This document shows positions 60,962 through 64,000 of a DNA stretch of 64,000 bases, one piece after another. The DNA comes from a virus. The position numbers and the translations under genes were made by a program. Within the stretch, counting starts at the first letter, position 1, and every line of letters begins with the position of its first letter. The DNA lies in IMG/VR virus record IMGVR_UViG_3300036770_002165, positions 1 through 64,000 of that record, one strand, 5' to 3'. The notes beneath the pieces were generated by a model. The model made no database searches. It had not been told where the DNA came from and saw only the letters and a program-made list of their open reading frames with translations.

Positions 60962-61318
60962 TCAGTCATCGAGTCCACCCAGGTCTTCGGCCATGGCAAT
61001 AAAATCGTCTTCATTGAGTACGACGAAGTGCTTGCCACCAATATCGAACTGCAGAACGGGTGTTCTGTCGTCCAGGATCGCGCGCTGTGTTAGCTCGTTC
61101 ATCTCCTGAAGCTTAACGCTGTAGCTCTTAACGTTATTGGTCAACTTGTTCTCAATAAGGAACTTGTGGCTACGGACATCGTTCTTGCGAAGCCACCCTG
61201 AGCCTGACCCGGCGTTGCGGCTACCGCGGTAGATTTTTGCTGACCGATCTTCCTGCTTGCGTGAAGCTTTCATAATGCTGCGTCGTGCAGCTTTGGCGTC
61301 GTCCTTACCAAAAATCAC
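60962..61318 (-). CDS. Second small PD-(D/E)XK nuclease/resolvase-like protein
   Basis: QE, GSGSGW.RKNDV, LIENK; GTG start coupled to recA stop. Confidence 0.6.
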   Translation of the reverse strand: MIFGKDDAKAARRSIMKASRKQEDRSAKIYRGSRNAGSGSGWLRKNDVRSHKFLIENKLTNNVKSYSVKLQEMNELTQRAILDDRTPVLQFDIGGKHFVVLNEDDFIAMAEDLGGLDD

Positions 61319-62331
61319 AGGAAGTACTCCTTTGCTTTCTGCTTTAGCTCTTCTTGCATTGTTAGGTCCCCGCGAACATGGGTTACTAGAGCGTCTTTGC
61401 CCTGCCACTTCTGATCGCCGTAGTTGTAGTAGGCACCCGCCCGCGTGATTACCTCAATAGCAATACAAATGTTAACGATGTCTTTTACTGTGTCGAACTC
61501 CCCAAGATGGAAAGTGTCGTGGTCAGCAAAGTAAAAGTCAACCTGAGCAACCTGTTGCGGTCGATAGGTCTTGTTCTTCATAGTACGGGCACGGATCGTC
61601 TGGCCGATGGGCTCGTCTTTATGCTTGATCCACTCATCACGCTTGACTTCCACGCGAGTGAAGTAATGGAAGTTCTTGGCCTTGCCACCGGGTGTAGTGC
61701 GCGGATCGCCGTACAAGACTCCGATCTTCTCGCGCCACTGGTTGATAATCAACCCAGTACAGCCACGGTCTTCCCGAATGAGGGAGCGCTTCTGTGCCTT
61801 TGACGACTTGCGGAAAAACTTACCTGTAAGGCGAGCGCCAAGGCCGACGGAAAACTCTTCCATCATCTTCTCTGCTTCATCACCAGGCACCAAAGCTGGT
61901 AGGGAGTCGAGGATAATGCAGTCAACAGCACGGTTTTCCATGGCACGGAGAATCAGATCGTAGGCGTGCTCCATGACGTTGGTCTCTACCACCCATAGGC
62001 GCTCAAGATCTACGCCAATCGCAGCAGCATACTCTGGTACAAATTCCTCGGCAGCAACCCACATTGCAATCCAGTCCGGATCAGCTGCCTGGTTGGCGGC
62101 GATGGTCTTGAACGCAAGAGCTGTTTTGCCTGATGACTCGTCCCCGATTATCTCTGACCACTGATTTACAGGCCAGCCACCACCAAGCATGAGGTCAAAT
62201 GCTAGGACCCCAGTTGTAATGCGAGGAAGCTCTTCTTTGACCTGGCTACCTTGGACGATGATGTCTTCGCCGTACTTTTTGTTGACGGAAGCGACGATCG
62301 ACTGGATCGTCTCCCACTGCTCAGATTTCAA
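61315..62331 (-). CDS. recA: RecA recombinase
   Basis: GDESSGKT, ILDSLPAL, INQWREKIGV.YGDP.TTPGG.A, KNKT. Confidence 0.95.
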   Translation of the reverse strand: MKSEQWETIQSIVASVNKKYGEDIIVQGSQVKEELPRITTGVLAFDLMLGGGWPVNQWSEIIGDESSGKTALAFKTIAANQAADPDWIAMWVAAEEFVPEYAAAIGVDLERLWVVETNVMEHAYDLILRAMENRAVDCIILDSLPALVPGDEAEKMMEEFSVGLGARLTGKFFRKSSKAQKRSLIREDRGCTGLIINQWREKIGVLYGDPRTTPGGKAKNFHYFTRVEVKRDEWIKHKDEPIGQTIRARTMKNKTYRPQQVAQVDFYFADHDTFHLGEFDTVKDIVNICIAIEVITRAGAYYNYGDQKWQGKDALVTHVRGDLTMQEELKQKAKEYFL

Positions 62332-62344
62332 GTTGTTCTCCTAG

Positions 62345-63188
62345 TTATACAACCCAGCTGGATTGTTCGCCTTGTTCGTAGATTCCGTTCCAGCCGCACT
62401 CAAAGCAACGTGGGGCTGGGGTGGCACCATTCACCATAGTGCCTTTGGCCCGAGAAAACACGTTACGACTACCGCAGGATGGGCAAGTTGCACCACCCTC
62501 ACGACGGGCCGCTTCGCCGCCCTTCCATAGACGGATAGCTTCACCCATCGAAACGTTATCTGTGGGGGCACGGTTCTCGTCTAGAACCCGCTGATTACCT
62601 GGTTGGGCCTGTTGCGCGGGGGCTTGAACAGGAACATGCACCCCAAACCTCGTTGGGGGTGTTACCGGGGGTGCGGTTTCCTGGCGCTGGGTTGGTCGCG
62701 GTGAGGTATCTGCCAACCGGCGTGACCACCAATCACTCATCGTCCTCTTCCTCGTCTTCTAGATCGTACAGCTCGTCGTCTTCATCGGTGATGATAAACG
62801 TGAGGAGGTTAAATATAGCGGAACCTTTGCTGCTGTCAATCTCCCTTGGTGCAACTTCTGGCAGTAACAACATGTCGTTATCTACCAGGTGCGAAACAAG
62901 AGCCATACCGAATGACATGATTACATTCTTAGTGTTCTCAAGATCGTCCTCGTCTAGATCGTTATGTATCTTGACAACTTCCATCATCCATTCCGAGCAT
63001 TCCTGGATTGTCTGGAAGATACCGAGGTTAGTCAGGATTAGCCAGCGGCTAATAGTGTCCATTATTTCGCTCTCCTGTACCTCTTGAGAGGGTACGGAGA
63101 AACCAGCAGACGAAGCAATCTTTTGCCCTTCTAGGATAGATAGGGCCAGATAGAAATTTCGTTTGTCTACTGGGGATGTGCTCATCAT
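62345..63188 (-). CDS. Two hypothetical proteins (62345-62740 Zn ribbon, 62733-63188 acidic tail)
   Basis: CPSCG..CFECG; D/E-rich C-terminus. Confidence 0.6.
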
Positions 63189-64000
63189 TTACCTTTAGCC
63201 TCCGCCCAGCTAGCTGCTGAGTGACAGGACACCTTAAGTGGGATGCCCTCATATGTTACTCCATCACCCATAGCCGTAACCAGCAGGTTCATCAAGTCGT
63301 CTGCCTGGCCCTGCTCTACAAGGACGACGAGTTCGTCGTGTACCTGTACCAGCAGCTTTGCCCCGTGAGGTGATAGTGCGTCGTAAACATCGATCATTGC
63401 TTTCTTGCAAATGTCAGCAGCAGACCCCTGGACTACGGCGTTTACGGCTTGCCTTTCCGCGCGCGCTCGAAGCTGCTGATCAGTAGATACAAGATCGTTG
63501 AGGTGGCGACGACGGCCAGAGAGGGTACTAACATAGCCCTTAGACTTTCCATAGGATATAACCTCTTGCTTCCATTTAGTTATTCCAGAAAACTGTCTAT
63601 AGTACTGGTCAATAACAAACTTAGCATGCTCTTCGTCAATGCCCGTTGTTCGGGCAAGCTTCTGAGCCCCACCACCGTAGGCGGTTAGGAAGTTAACGCC
63701 TTTGCCTAGCTGCCGCTCTTCTGGGGTGATCTGCTCTACTGGCTTATTGAGGCACAGCGCAGCAGCGCCGGAGTGGATGTCCGCCCCCGTTAGGAAGAAC
63801 TCGCTCATCTTTACGTCGTGGGAGAACATGCACATGACCCTAAGTTCGATCTGGTCGTAGTCGGCAACGAGCAGTTCGTAACCTTCCGGGGCCACGAACA
63901 GGCCTCGTACGTGGCTGTCGCGAGGGATATTCTGCAAGTTCGGGTTGCTTGATGAAAGACGCCCGGTGGCCGTACGGTGCAGGTGGAACGATGGGTGCAG
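63185..64000 (-). CDS. polA: Family A DNA polymerase, C-terminal part (extends past window)
   Basis: TGRLSSSNPNLQNIP, ADYDQIELR, R..GK.VNF...YG, VQGSAAD, QVHDELV. Confidence 0.95.
   Translation of the reverse strand: MHPSFHLHRTATGRLSSSNPNLQNIPRDSHVRGLFVAPEGYELLVADYDQIELRVMCMFSHDVKMSEFFLTGADIHSGAAALCLNKPVEQITPEERQLGKGVNFLTAYGGGAQKLARTTGIDEEHAKFVIDQYYRQFSGITKWKQEVISYGKSKGYVSTLSGRRRHLNDLVSTDQQLRARAERQAVNAVVQGSAADICKKAMIDVYDALSPHGAKLLVQVHDELVVLVEQGQADDLMNLLVTAMGDGVTYEGIPLKVSCHSAASWAEAKGK

Overview
This window is 64 kb of a large tailed dsDNA phage genome. Two WhiB genes, a DUF732-like lipoprotein, an r1t-type holin and leaderless TAnnnT promoters point to an actinobacterial host (inference). There are three blocks. 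(1) 1-26.5 kb, minus strand, late/structural: probable major capsid start, scaffold, portal, metallophosphoesterase, terminase large subunit, tail fibre/adhesin genes, endolysin, holin and membrane genes, methyltransferase, PhyH dioxygenase and a tRNA-Ile(UAU). (2) 27-46.6 kb, plus strand, probably early: many small ORFs, two MoxR-AAA+/vWA pairs, SNF2-like helicase, ParB/DGQHR-like protein, stand-alone sigma region-4 protein, HNH nuclease and pyrimidine-dimer glycosylase. (3) 46.6-64 kb, minus strand, replication/regulation: PolA (partial), RecA, Cas4-like nuclease, resolvases, SpoVS, two WhiB, glycosyltransferase, transglycosylase and deaminase. The most striking features are non-coding and sit at or just after the divergent junction near 26.6 kb. 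They are five co-oriented perfect DnaA boxes, about 27 copies of a palindrome CTAA-N2/3-TTAG confined to the early block (many fused to stop codons or embedded in-frame in genes), a repeated covarying CCGCAAY-loop hairpin, and a cluster of structured RNA-like elements including a tRNA mimic whose anticodon arm is the palindrome. No integrase, CRISPR array or reverse transcriptase was seen. All calls come from reading motifs by eye; no database searches were run.
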